Positions 12,032 through 23,640 of a DNA stretch of 64,000 nt are shown piece after piece (positions within the stretch are counted from its first letter, which is position 1; each line of letters begins with the position of its first letter). The notes below the pieces were generated by a model, which saw nothing but the letters and a program-made list of their open reading frames with translations, had not been told where the DNA came from and did not search any database. Both the position numbers and the translations under genes were made by a program. Where the stretch lies: the NCBI GenBank assembly GCA_002269645.1, contig NIVC01000882.1, forward strand, positions 62,001 to 126,000, written 5' to 3'. Origin of the DNA: Macrostomum lignano (Eukaryota).

Positions 12032-15000
12032 TCAATTCATCCGCGCCCCGCCCCGCCTGCGCAGGCTCAGCCGGCTGAGCAGGCTGGCCGTCCGGCCTCG
12101 CTGTCGCCGCTGCTCCTGGCTCTGCCTCGCCATGCTGGCGAAAGCGTCGCTATCGGGCAGAGTCGGCGTCGCCGTCGGTGGCTGCGCCGGAAGACTGGCT
12201 CGCTGGTCGTCGATCCTGGCGGCCTGGTGCTTGGCCAGCATGTCGAAGAATGCCTCGGCTGATTCGTCTTGACTGACGCCCGCGCCTGCGGCCTCCATTG
12301 GCAACAGCGGCGGACTGGCTCGCTGATCGTCCATGCGGCGGCCCTGACACCGGCTGACGAGGTCCCAGAATGCGGCCTGCTGGCGTCGAGAGACTTCGTC
12401 GACGTCGTCGTCGTCGTCGTCGTCGTTGTAGTTGTCGGCGGCCTCCTTGCCAGCTGCTGCAGTCGGTCGGCCGCTTCTCTGCCGGCTGTCCTTGCCACTG
12501 TGTCCGGCTGCGCCAAGGGATGCCCGCCTGCTGCTGCTCTGGGCTGCCGCCGGTGCCGGCCCGGATGTGTCGTCGTAATCGACATCAGCGTCGTTTGGAC
12601 GGCGCAGCAGGCGGCGCAGGTCAACCAGGCTGAGCTTGGCGCTCTCCGCTCCGGCGCGGTCTCCGAGCTGCTCGCACAGGTGTTGGCGCCTCTTGGCGAA
12701 ATGCGCGGCTCTGGGATGATTGAGAGATGGTTGGGAGCTGGGGATGCCAGTCAGTAAGAGTCTCAAAATGTTGCTTTGGACGAACCCATACGCTTGTATA
12801 CTTTGCGGTAAAACTACCTGACTGATTAGTAACCCGAGTAATTGGACAAGTTCTGTGTGTACTTTATTTGAACTCATTGGATTGCAGCTGAACTCATTGG
12901 ATTGCAGCTGAACTCATTGGATTGCAGCTGAACTCATTGGATTGCAGCTGAACTCATTGGATTGCAGCTGAACTCATTGGATTGCAGCTGAACTAATTGG
13001 ATTGCAGCTGAACTAATTGGATTGCAGCTGAACTCATTGGATTGCAGCTGAACTCATTGGATTGCAGCTGAACTAATTGGATTGCAGCTGAACTCATTGG
13101 ATTGCAGCTGAACTCATTGGATTGCAGCTGAACTCATTGGATTGCAGCTGAACTAATTGGATTGCAGCTGAACTCATTGGATTGCAGCTGAACTCCTCGT
13201 CTTTCTTTTTCCCATTGTTGGCAGCTACCGGAATGCATAACAATTAAACTCAAACTACACTACTAACTGAGGACAGTAGTATAAGTGGCAAAGCGCTCAC
13301 CTGGCATAGTCGCCCAGACTACTGAAAGCGTTGCACAGCGACAGGCAGGCCTGGCTGGCTCCCAGTTTGTCTCCAAGCCGGTCTGCAATGTCCAGATGGC
13401 GCTCGTGATTCGCCACCGCTGCGGGATAGTCTCGCAATAGAGTCCGCGCGTTGCCTAGCAACCAGCAGGCCTGCGCCTCCAAAGCTGTCCGGTCGGGCGC
13501 GGCCCGGGCCAACTGCAGGCAGAGCTCGAACTGCTCGGCCGCGGCTGCCAGGTCGCCTAAGACAACGCTGGCGTTGCCGAGATCGCGACGGGCGAGCAGC
13601 TCTGTTTCGACGTCGCCAGTTGCTATGGCAACGGCCAGACGCTCGGAGTGGCAGTCGACGGCGGCGCGATGCTCGCCAAGCAGGTGCCTGGCGCTGCCCA
13701 GGCGGGCGCAGGCGCGGGCCACGCCGCGCTGATCGCCGAGCTGACGGCACAGCGCCAGGGCCTGGCTGTAGTGCTCGGCCGACTGCGCCAGAAAGCGACA
13801 GCGCAGCGAGCTGGCCGAAGCCGAAGTCGCAGCTGGCGACAAAGACGAAGGGAGCAGGTCGGGTCCGCCCTGATGCTTGGCCTGGGCGTGGAGCAGGGCT
13901 CCCAGGCTGGAGTGTGCGTGGCTTTGAGCGACCTGCGCGCGAGAAAACAGTTGTTTCCCTTAGGGTCAGGGATTTATCTGTGGCGAGCAGCTCAGCCGTC
14001 TGACATCTTTGCTGAACAGCAATTTGACAAGGGACAAGTTTTGGTTAAGGGACTCTAATCAGAGACAAATAGGTAACAGACAATTCGGTAACAGACAATT
14101 CGGTAACAAACAATTCAGTAACAAACATTTCGGTAACAGACAACTTTCGGTAACAAACAATTCGGTAACAGAAAATTCAGTAACAAACCATTCGGTAACA
14201 TTCAATTCAGTAACAGACGATTCAGTAACAGAAAATTCGGTAACAGACGATTCAGATAGCAGACAATTCGGTAACAGACGATTCAGATAGCAGACAATTC
14301 GGTAACAGACGATTCAGATAGCAGACAATTCGGTAACACGCGATTCTGTAGCAGAAAAGCTTCGCCAAGAGGGAAGTTAACGATTAAGCAAAAGACAATT
14401 TTGGAAACAGCCAGCTCATAAACTACTGAAAATTTTTTCGAAATTAACAGTCACGTCTTTGACGACAGCACCTGATGAATGCAGTCCTCCTGATCCCTAT
14501 ACTTAATCCGCTAAAGGAGGCATCCATCATCACAGTCAAGAGCAGCCAAGCAACCCAGCAGGATCCCGCGCTGATCCTCTCAGACTCAGACTAAAGGCTG
14601 ATGCGCTTCTCTTTTTTCTTCCTCTCCGTCTCCCTGTCGATCTTTGATGCAATTTGCATAATGTGCCAGGCACGGACCTGCACGCGCAGCCAAGTGCAGC
14701 CGCGTCAGTCTATATCATAGCTGTAAATGCGAATCTATGGGGCCCCGTCCTCCACAGGGCCCGGCTTGGCCCCTCTCGGGTCATGGCTGTTTTGCCAGGC
14801 ATCGTTACCTCCAGGGAAAAATCTGTAGCGATGAATGCCCTTTACTCAGAACAGGCTCACCTAGCTTGGCCCGTGTTGCAGAATCTATGGTGAGGAATCT
14901 TTTGGTAAAGAATCTATGGTAAGGAGTCTATGGTAAGGAGTCTATGGTAAGGAGTCTATGGTAAGGAGTCTATGGTAAGGAGTCTATGGTAAGGAGTCTA

Positions 15001-18000
15001 TGGTAAGGAGTCTATGGTAAGGAGTCTATGGTAAGGAGTCTATGGTAAGGAGTCTATGGTAAGGAGTCTATGGTAAGGAGTCTATGGTAAAGGATCTATG
15101 GTGATTTTTCAAATCTTTTCAAAATTTCAAATCTTGGTATTTTTCAATCCGAAGTCCTGGCCATCACCCAATGTGCTTTGTAACTCTGACAAATTTCTGC
15201 TCAATCGGTTACAGAATGTTTCAAAAGCTTGCAAAGCGAAGCGATCCTCAATACGAGGATCAACCTGATCTTGACACCAGCTGGCCACAGCGACATCCTC
15301 GGCAACGAGCTGGTGGATCAACTCAACAAACGAGGCAGCACACCGGGCAGAGCGCACCGCTTGGTCAAGCTGCCTGCCCCGACGTGATCCGTCAACCGCG
15401 CCATTCACTGATGGCTGAGCTGACGGCTGCTCCAAATATCATCAGCAAACGCGAGCTGCTGGCGAGGGCTGGGCGCAGCCCCAAGGCAAACGCCTGTAAT
15501 GTTTTAGTGCCTGCGTCTATGTGTCAACTGTTGATATGCATTTAGACACAGAAATTTAATTGATTATCCTTAAAATGCAAAAGCATCCAATTAATTCGCA
15601 TTTCTGCCCGTATCCAAAGCATACAGAGAGAGACAGAAAATCGGAGTTAATTATGCCAGCTAAAACGCCATCACCAGAGCATGCATTTTAGAGGCCTCTG
15701 TCAAGTGCGAAAAGCAGGCATCTCAGCCATTTTAGGAATTAATCTGTCACAATTAAAATCTTGGTATTATTGACTCAAAAAACGCGCATTCAATAATCAA
15801 TTAGTCCGTCTGGAGCAGAAAACTTTCTCTTATTTCTGCAACAATCTCTTCTGGAAGCAGCAGATCGACATGTCGCTCGCCAAAGACTTCGCGGCCCCGC
15901 TACTGGCCTACCTTCTGCTCTCCTTTGTCGTCCTGCCGCCGGCCGCCTCCGCCACCTACCTGCCCCCCTTCTGGCGGTCCTGCCTCAGCCAGTCCCTGGC
16001 CGCCTGGGCCCTGCCCGCTCCCGCCGCCTCCCCGCTCGAGTGCGTCATCCGGGCCCGCTGGCAGCCGCTGTCGGGCGTCGGGGTGGTGCAGCGGCACCGG
16101 CGCAGCTCCGCCTGCTCGCTGTTCCTGCTCAGCCGAGTCTGCCAACTGCTCAGCCTGAGCAGCCCGCCAGACGACCCCTCGTTGGGTTCGGCCTACTGCG
16201 AGCTGTTCGTGGACTCCGAGCTGGACGCCCTCGTCGCCAACCGGCACTTCGCCGCCGTGTGGGTCGGCAACCGCGGGCCCGGCTGGAAAATCTCGTCTGC
16301 GACGCCCGCGGCCAGAGGAACTCCGTTGAGCACGACGGGGTCGTCTGGGCCAGCGACGGCGCCAGGATGGACGGCGCGACGTCGCGGATGTGGGTGACGG
16401 ACACGCGGGTACCTCGACTTCAACGGCAGCCTCACCTGGCTCATGGAGGTGAGCAGGACGCCTAAAGTGAACGCCTTCATCGAGCTGACCGACTACAGCA
16501 GCTTTACAGAGTACTGGCTGCACCTGTGGGAGTGGGACGACAGCAGCCCCACGGACACCCGGCGGCTGTACACCCAGAACGGATATCGCGGCCTCATGTC
16601 CAAGCAGCAGATTCTGCCATCGGACAGCCAGCAATTCGCTCGAGTCGGTGCCGCCCTCGACATCTCAGACGTGACGGGCAAGTACAAGCTGTACTTTAAC
16701 GGCGCCTTCCTGCCCGACAGTGACGTGGCTGTCTCCAGCTATAGCTTCTATTCCATTGTCGACTTCTGCATTAAAATTGGTTGACGAGATCTCAACAACC
16801 CGTTTGGAAAGCTAGCCGGCACAGTGAAGACGGTGGCCATGGCTAACAAGTACCTGACTGAGGATATTCAAATATTCCGTGATCTGGCAGCAAATTTTTA
16901 TCCCAAGTCAGAGTATTGAATTTTTGTGGTTCAGGCAGAAACATCTTTCAAGGCAGTTTAAATCTTGATATGCGATGCATGCTGTATTCTTTTTTTGCCT
17001 TATTTTGTCTTACTTTTTTAAACGAAGAAAATTCTGAACATTTTTTTTCAACAATTCCGGCTTTAAAGCAACTTCAATTTTATTTATAAAATTCTCAGCA
17101 GCATCGAAAGTCGGCATCACAGAAGATTCCCTCTGTGGTCGCCACTTTTGAGAGTGCAGGTGAAGTCTCTCTCAATCTTTGCGAGTGACGCAATCATTAG
17201 CTACGCCGCGCCAGACTTGAGTTGAGGAATGAAGTGGGGGGAGCGGTATGCGAGGGTTTGGACGGATTAAAGCTATCCCGACCAGTTTTCCCGTATCTTT
17301 TGTTTCAGAATAGTCCAAGAGAAATTGCTCACTGGCGCATGGAGTGGCGACTTTCAATGCTGAGTATAACTCCATATGCACGTTAAAACTCAATGGACAT
17401 TTTTTTCAGTACCCTTTCTCAACATTTCAACTGTTTTTTCTCACAACAGAGCTTTTAAAATGTAATTAGTTAATTACTCGTTTGAAATAAATACACGGAG
17501 TTTTCTTTAAATTTATATTAATATAATTTATTTCTGTCAGTTCACTATTGAACTTCTAATCCCCCTGATCTGACATCACTTCGATGGAAGTTATTGGTCG
17601 CCTGGGCCTAAGCGGAATGGACGGTCTTCCTCCTGCCCTAACCCTATTACACCCTAGCCCTAATCTTAACTCTACCCCAAACTAACTCTAACCCTAGCCT
17701 AAACAACAATTCTAAACAAACCGAAATCGTTGGCACTCAAATTTCTGTCAGTTAAAAGACGATATCCCGCATGCAGTTAAATATAAAAATCAATATTATG
17801 TACATTGTATAATGTGGTACAATGCCCCTTGATATTGATATAACAAAATCAGTTCTCAACTTCTGGGAGCAACCGAAATTTTGCCAATTCTTATAAATTT
17901 GAAAATATATTTTATAATTGATGTATGCGTTATATGCTTGCTAGTTACTGCGAACACTGCACTGCTAAACTGGGGGGGGGGGGGGGTGGCAGGGAGAGGG

Positions 18001-19900
18001 AGGACAGATCTTCCAGCCTTAGGAACGAAAAAAGAAAATGGCCGATTTCGTCTCCTTGATATAGCATCCCTACGCGTTCGTCTCTCTCCGGTCTTGATTC
18101 TATCTTTTCTTATAGCTATGTATAACTATACAAGCGGTGCATGCACTTACTCAGCAAAGGCTCGATCAGTGAGAAAAATCTGCAGAGAGAAAGAGCCTAA
18201 GGATGGCTATAGCTAGCAAGCCTTGGGCGTTTAGGCAAGGGATCGTTTGATATGGCCAGTGGAACGACGCTATACACTCGATTTTCTAAGAAATGAGCTA
18301 ATTGCTGGTAGGGAATGAATATTTGTCCCAGCGCCAGTGCATTTTAGCATGCTCTCGAGAAATCGGGTTTTTCTCAACGGAATTTGTCTATGGCCAAAAC
18401 CCCATGCGTTCTCTGGAGCATTTCTTAGAAAATCGTGTGCAGCGATAACGTTCATCTATACGTCAGGTTATCCACGCGTCGGGCGCGAAAGTAAGACGTA
18501 TTAACCGCTGAGCTGCTCTGCCCCCCCCCTTAAAGAAAAGCAAAATAAATTATGGGCCACAAAAAACTAGTTCGAAGCAGACAGGCCATACCGCCGGCCA
18601 TAGTATACTGGCGAGGGATCGGGGCAGGTCGGGGTTAATCAGGAAGGAATTTTGGCTGGCCCATAGGAGCGTAGCAAACTCGCATTAGGGAGTTCTCAAA
18701 TCCTGCCTCATCCTGACTGCACGCGAAAGGAAGGAAGCTGGAGAGACGGAGGGCGCGGGAGAGAATTAACTTGATGCCGCCAGCTTGCCGCCTGTTCCTG
18801 TTCGGGCGGCCAGGCGAAAGGGTTTGAAATGGAATTAGGGACGCTTCGCGGAAGCGAGCGCGGCTGCGCGAGAGTTGTGGGGAAAATGATGCCATCAGGG
18901 GAGAATTGGGGGTGAAATCCGAGTAAACACGATCCGGGAGTGGCACCCCACCTTGTCTTCGGTCTCCCGAGCCAGACCCAGTTGCAGCTGGAATTGGACA
19001 GCAGCTTCGTCCAGTCTGCCCAGCGCTTTCAGGGCGTTGCCAAGGTTACCAGATGCCTTGGCTTCTCCGGCTTTGTCCAAAATCGATCTGAAATGCCGAT
19101 TTAGCGATTGATTGAGTTCCATGCATGCTTTGCTTTGGATGCGTTTCATTTGTTCCCTCAACCATATACTATTGACGTTCCCAATAAATTTAATTGTCGA
19201 TTTTTATCGGACTGCAAATACTAATGTGGCAACAACTTACCATAATGCATGACCGCTACTAAACCGCTCCTTTCCGCTTCTTGCATCCTCTCCCTCCCAG
19301 CAATATCCCTGATCCTAGCCCTGATCTTCTATCCTTCCAGCATTCCCGATCCTATCACCCTCTCCCTCCTAGCACACTCTCCCTTCTATCACCTTTCACC
19401 CTTCTAGCACTCTTCCTCTCTCAATTTCCTCGAAGGCATGCATACACTAACATTAACTTTGCTATTTGTTTTAAACTGGCCCAGAGGCTCATAAACGAAA
19501 GAAAGTTTCCGATCATGATATCACTACTAATTTGCTTTTGTCCGCATGCTAATACCTGTGAGGTATACTACGTCGTATCGCAAACACGGTGCAAGAGCAA
19601 TATAGTAAACGTGGAATCAGCCAATATTACAGGCCGCGGGTCTTACCTGGACAGCTCGAGGTCCAGCTGGTGATATTCTAATGCCTTGTCAAATTTCTTC
19701 AAATAGAAATATATATTTCCAAGCTGACTGTAAAGAATAGAGCGCAGTTTATGATTGTCGGCGTGCAGTAAAGCTGATTCTAACACCCGAGCGCCTTGTT
19801 CGTGTTTCCCCTGCTGACAAAGCAGTTCTCCATCTTGTACCAATTGCATGTACTGCTTTCGTGGTGAGCTTTGCAGTTTTCCGTCACAATTATTGGACAT
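12032..19900 (-). CDS. GPSM2: G-protein signalling modulator (LGN/AGS3/Pins family; TPR repeats + GoLoco motifs). Exons 19900-19647, 19087-18952, 13932-13301, 12710-12032; about 566 aa
   Basis: LYSQLGNIYFYLKKFDKALEYHQLDL, GEAKASGNLGNALKALG, EAQACWLLGNARTLLRDY and two GoLoco motifs ending RMDDQR and RIDDQR. GT-AG introns with consistent phases 2,0,2; 1701 nt. GPSM1 versus GPSM2 orthology cannot be resolved. Confidence 0.9.
12870..13196. repeat. 20-bp minisatellite (GAACTCATTGGATTGCAGCT) in GPSM intron 3
   Basis: Direct periodicity. Confidence 0.95.
14070..14340. repeat. About 15-bp tandem repeat (CGGTAACAGACAATT variants) in GPSM intron 2
   Basis: Direct periodicity. Confidence 0.9.
14720..15340 (+). 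mobile_element. Decayed non-LTR retrotransposon fragments (RNase H and C-terminal Cys-rich region), interrupted by a 14-bp repeat
   Basis: 15135-15335 reads GIFQSEVLAI..*..VTECFKSLQ...RINLILTPAGHSDILGNELVDQLNKRG, resembling the RNase H FQAE and W.PGH..I.GNE.AD motifs. 14770-14840 reads LSGHGCFARHRYLQGKICSDECP. In-frame stops are present. Confidence 0.6.
14883..15103. repeat. 14-bp tandem repeat (GGTAAGGAGTCTAT)
   Basis: Direct periodicity. Confidence 0.95.
15870..16919 (+). pseudogene. Intronless secreted protein (signal peptide, Cys-rich PAN/apple-like segment, LamG/concanavalin-A-like domain) with two compensating frameshifts and an in-frame TGA; nested antisense in GPSM intron 2
   Basis: Signal MSLAKDFAAPLLAYLLLSFVVLPPAASA. 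GC3-rich coding shifts frame at about 16285 and back at about 16405. LDFNGSLTWLMEV and KYKLYFNG, then IG*(16782-16784)RDLNNPFGKLAGTVKTVAMANKYLTEDIQ to TGA at 16917-16919. Confidence 0.65.
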
Positions 19901-21350
19901 CTATAAAAATGTTCAACCGCATTTGGAGGAAGAAATTATTTGTTTGCAAATTTGAAATGATATGAGGTAAAAATTATGCAAAAGTATAAAAGCATACAAT
20001 AACCACAGAAAAAGATGCATGAAGTTTATAGTAGCTGTTTCAATTTGCGCTTGGAAATTGTTTCTTTTAACAAACTCTTTCAATTTTGATTCCTAACGAA
20101 GCCAAAATGTCAGGAATACTAAATTATTGAACATAATTAATCAAGCATGTGTTGAAGCTATATATTTAACTGAAAAAAGCCATAGGCTAACAAAATAAAA
20201 TGCTTACAGGGAAAAAGCACGCGAAAAATAGAATTTACCGACATGTACACGTACCTTGGACTGAAATATCGTAAATTTCAGTCGTTCGTTCAAACTGGAC
20301 TCAAGTAAAGCAAATTAACAGAGGTTGGGTTAAGTTACAGAGCTGATTAGTCTCCTTCTGGATCGACCTTGACACGCCCGGACAGGCCCGCACTCGAGCA
20401 GTTAAACTGAAATCTCGCAATACGTACTACTAAAGGGCGAATAATTCCTCTCCATTTTGAATTTTTATGAATTCTCAGAAGCTCTCTATTATTAAAAAAG
20501 ACAAAATAGTCAATAACTAGGAGTTTAAAGTGTAATGTTTGTTCAATCGATCTAACATTTTTGCTGTTTTTTTTAAAAAATTAGTTTCTTTCTTGAGAGC
20601 TCGCGCAAATTTAACCCCGGCGGGAAATTTGAGGGGGCCTGTAGGGTAAGCTTTCTGTGAGGTGTGAGCTTGTGTGAGCTTTTAAGCACGGAAAAGCTCA
20701 CACACAAAAGCTCAATTTGCAATCAGGGCAGGGCAAACAGAGCTGCTGGACTGGACCTGGACGAAACACAAGTTATAAAACATAGTTACTGACACAAGTA
20801 ACACCGTTTCCCTTGCGGCTGGATGACTGGCGCAACCATTAATCAGTAGGGCCTATCTACTATTGAATAGATTATCAAGATTAAGTCAAGAGTAAGGGCC
20901 CAGGCCTGGTTGTATTATGATTATAAGGCACGCGTTATTGTGACTTGTGACTAGACTTTTCTATTTGTTTTTGCTTTTTTGCTAGAAGGCATTGCATTTA
21001 GCATCCTTTAATAAATCAATTTCAATTTATTTACCACTAGAAAGTAGTAATTGACCTTGGCTTAGACTTTAACCTTTTAATTAAAAAAGGGGCCTAATCT
21101 TGACATGGCAATTTTAAAATGGAAACTTGTATAGAAATTTTTTGTTAGGCCTACTTCAATGATATAAGACCTTTTTAATTTTAGGAAGCGAATTGCCTCT
21201 TACATGCAAAAACTTTGTCTTTGTTTTACATGTCAAAAGGGGAATACAAACCTTGTCCTACACCTATTGTCTTTTACTGTCTTTTTTAAATTCTATTTAT
21301 ATTATAGCATATAAGTCTTGGTTGTATTCTTGATATTGGTTGATTTAATA

Positions 21351-22469
21351 TGAGGGTTATCAGAAAAGTTCTGTGTATATTGTAATAACTTGAGAACAAT
21401 AAACAGTACAGAAACATGAAAAGTTATAAATGTCTTCCTTAATATCTATTCATTCAAAGTATGAGCCCTCTGCTTCAATGCACTCTTTCCTATGTTGCAT
21501 CAGCCTGTCAATGCTTGCAATCATGTCATTGTTTGTCACGGTGGCAATGCCAGCCTTGTAGGCCTGATTCACATCTTCCTCTGTGCTAAAACGTTGGCCT
21601 CGCATCAACTCCTTGATGTGAAGGAAGAGAAAAAAGTCACTTGGACTTAAGTTGTAGACCCTCCTAGTCGAAGAAAGTCACATGCATGACCTTCAGCTGG
21701 CCAATGCTCCAGATAGCCTTTTGAGGTCGCAGAGAACCTAGCCTGCACCATATGGCACTCGTCCACTTCAACTCCACCTCCTAAGAATATGCCCAGGTTT
21801 CATCCTGCCAATACTGCAGTAGGTTGGATATGCACATGGTGACCCGCCGAGCCCACTGATTGTCAATGAGCAAATGTGGCACCCACTTGGCATAGACCTT
21901 GCACATCCTAAGGTCCTTGGTCAGGATCTTGTGGACTGAGTTGTGAGACACCCCTATGGCATCAGCCAGCTACCTGGTGGTCAGTCTCTAGTCTTGTAGC
22001 ACAGTTGCCTTCACCTGACTCACCAGGCTATCAGTCTGAGCACTTTTTGGTCATCCACTATGTGGCTTGTCATTGAGGTCTTTTTGCCATTGTAAATGGC
22101 AATAGCCCAATGGTAAATTGTTTCATAATATAGGCAAAAGTCTCCTATATGGTCTGTTGCATTTCTTCTAAAATCTCAGTTGCTAAATTGAAAAGACATA
22201 AAAAATGCTCCTGAAAGACATAAAAATTGATGATCGCTCAATTTTGGCATTTAGAAAACTCTCTTGTAGGACAGAATGTGCCATGGGTATAGTTGAATAA
22301 TTATTGCTACATAGGCTAGAAATGATCTGGTGCTTTAAAACTGAAGCTAGTGACTCTATATATGTATATATCTATGGCTAAAACCCCAACTCTTTAGCTA
22401 TTCATAGAGAATAGCTCAAATAGAGCTGAGCTATTTTCTAATATACAGAACTTTTCTGACAATCAGGTG
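21351..22469 (-). mobile_element. Internally deleted Tc1/mariner element
   Basis: Imperfect TIRs sharing TCAGAAAAGTTCTG and flanked by TA (21349-50, 22470-71). Remnant ORF KVYAKWVPHLL (WVPHEL motif) and DFFLFLHIKELMRGQRFS...KECIEAEGSYFE*, with stops and no central catalytic region. Confidence 0.85.
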
Positions 22470-23339
22470 TACCAGTTCTGTGGCTTGTCTACAATTTCAT
22501 CAAACACTATCTAAGTAGTAATAGCACTCACTTGCGTGACTTTTCTGTTGAAATCAAAATTCAAATCAAAATTTGCTACTTTCTAAAATCGAAATCAAAA
22601 TTTTCCAAAATTGAAATTCAGAAAAACAAAGTTTAGCATGACCAACACTCACTTTTTACTTTTGATTTATTGCTCATGCAAAACAAAATACATGTATATA
22701 TAGTAGAAATTCCATTCCATTTTTGGAAATTGGAATTTTATTAGGCTCAGAAAAACAAAAGTAGCCACAATTGCCAATACAATTGTTTAGCTATCTTTAA
22801 CCATTGTAATAAGTTTTGTTGCTTTATCAAGCAAATTAAACTATTTCTTGTTCTTTATGCAAATCTGAAACTTTCTTATTTTGTAGCAGATCAATATCAA
22901 GCTTGTTGCATAGCTTTGCATTATAAGGCTTCTTCACCTTCTGGCCATAGGTTTTCACTAGGAATTTTATGTAATCCTCAAATTGGAGGTAATAAGTTAA
23001 CTCATATTCACAGATCTCTTCAAAGCATCAAGCTCAAATGAATAAAACTGAGGTGCATCAATGAGTTAAGATAGAAGGGGCCTCTTGACTATGAGTAGAG
23101 ACCTTCTTTCAATGATCCTGTTCAGTTTGTCACAATGATTCTGATTCAAAAAGTCCAAAAAGCATTGAAACTGCACTCTTTGTATATCTGCCTGATCATT
23201 TAAATCAGCCAATCAATTATACTTTTGCATAGCCCTAAGCCTTTATATCTTTGCAGCCAAGTACTATAATTATTAATTTCTTTTTCTAATTTTGTCATCT
23301 TATTCTTGTTGGCAATGGCCTCTTTCAGTTCAACAAAGG

Positions 23340-23640
23340 CCTTCTGTTTTGCCTTTAGGAACTTTATGAATATTTTCAAGGTGCTACCATAGAGCCCCTT
23401 TCAAATATAAAGGTTGCACTCTGGACATTGGACCTTTGTTGGGCATTTGTCAAGTGGAAAAGTTTCTCGTATATGCAGCTTGATTTTTTTAGTCAGCAAG
23501 TCAATTGAGTTGCCACTCAGCATATCCTTGTGCAACTCCTATATGTGCTGACTAAGTTGCAAACCAATAATGTCATGTTGCAGCTCTGTCTTGCCTTTTT
23601 TCAAAAAGGACATACTTTTTTCCTGCTTCTTGCTGTTCTC
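23340..23640 (-). pseudogene. Decayed C2H2 zinc-finger ORF fragment, probably TE-derived
   Basis: RKKVCPF*K...LSQHI*ELH and KVQCPECNLYI*...HLENIH across stops and frameshifts. Confidence 0.35.

Noticed and set aside
15127-15435. Minus-strand ORF as a GPSM exon
   Set aside because: No TPR similarity; exon 2 joins in phase to 13932 giving the expected VAQSHAHSSLGALLH, and the plus strand is an RNase H remnant.
17971-17986. Poly-G run as a functional G-quadruplex
   Set aside because: A single homopolymer run with no supporting context; its length is likely unreliable.
18470-18530. tRNA/SINE-like segment (reverse GGGGCAGAGCAGCTCAGCGGTTAA) and a B-box-like GGTTCGAATTCC near 35783
   Set aside because: Only one Pol III box in each case and no cloverleaf; at most SINE debris.
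18895-19161. Longer GPSM exon 2 starting at 19156
   Set aside because: The acceptor at 19087 (catttcag) is stronger and restores family spacing (SRSILDKAGEAKASGNLGN); the upstream AG lacks a pyrimidine tract.
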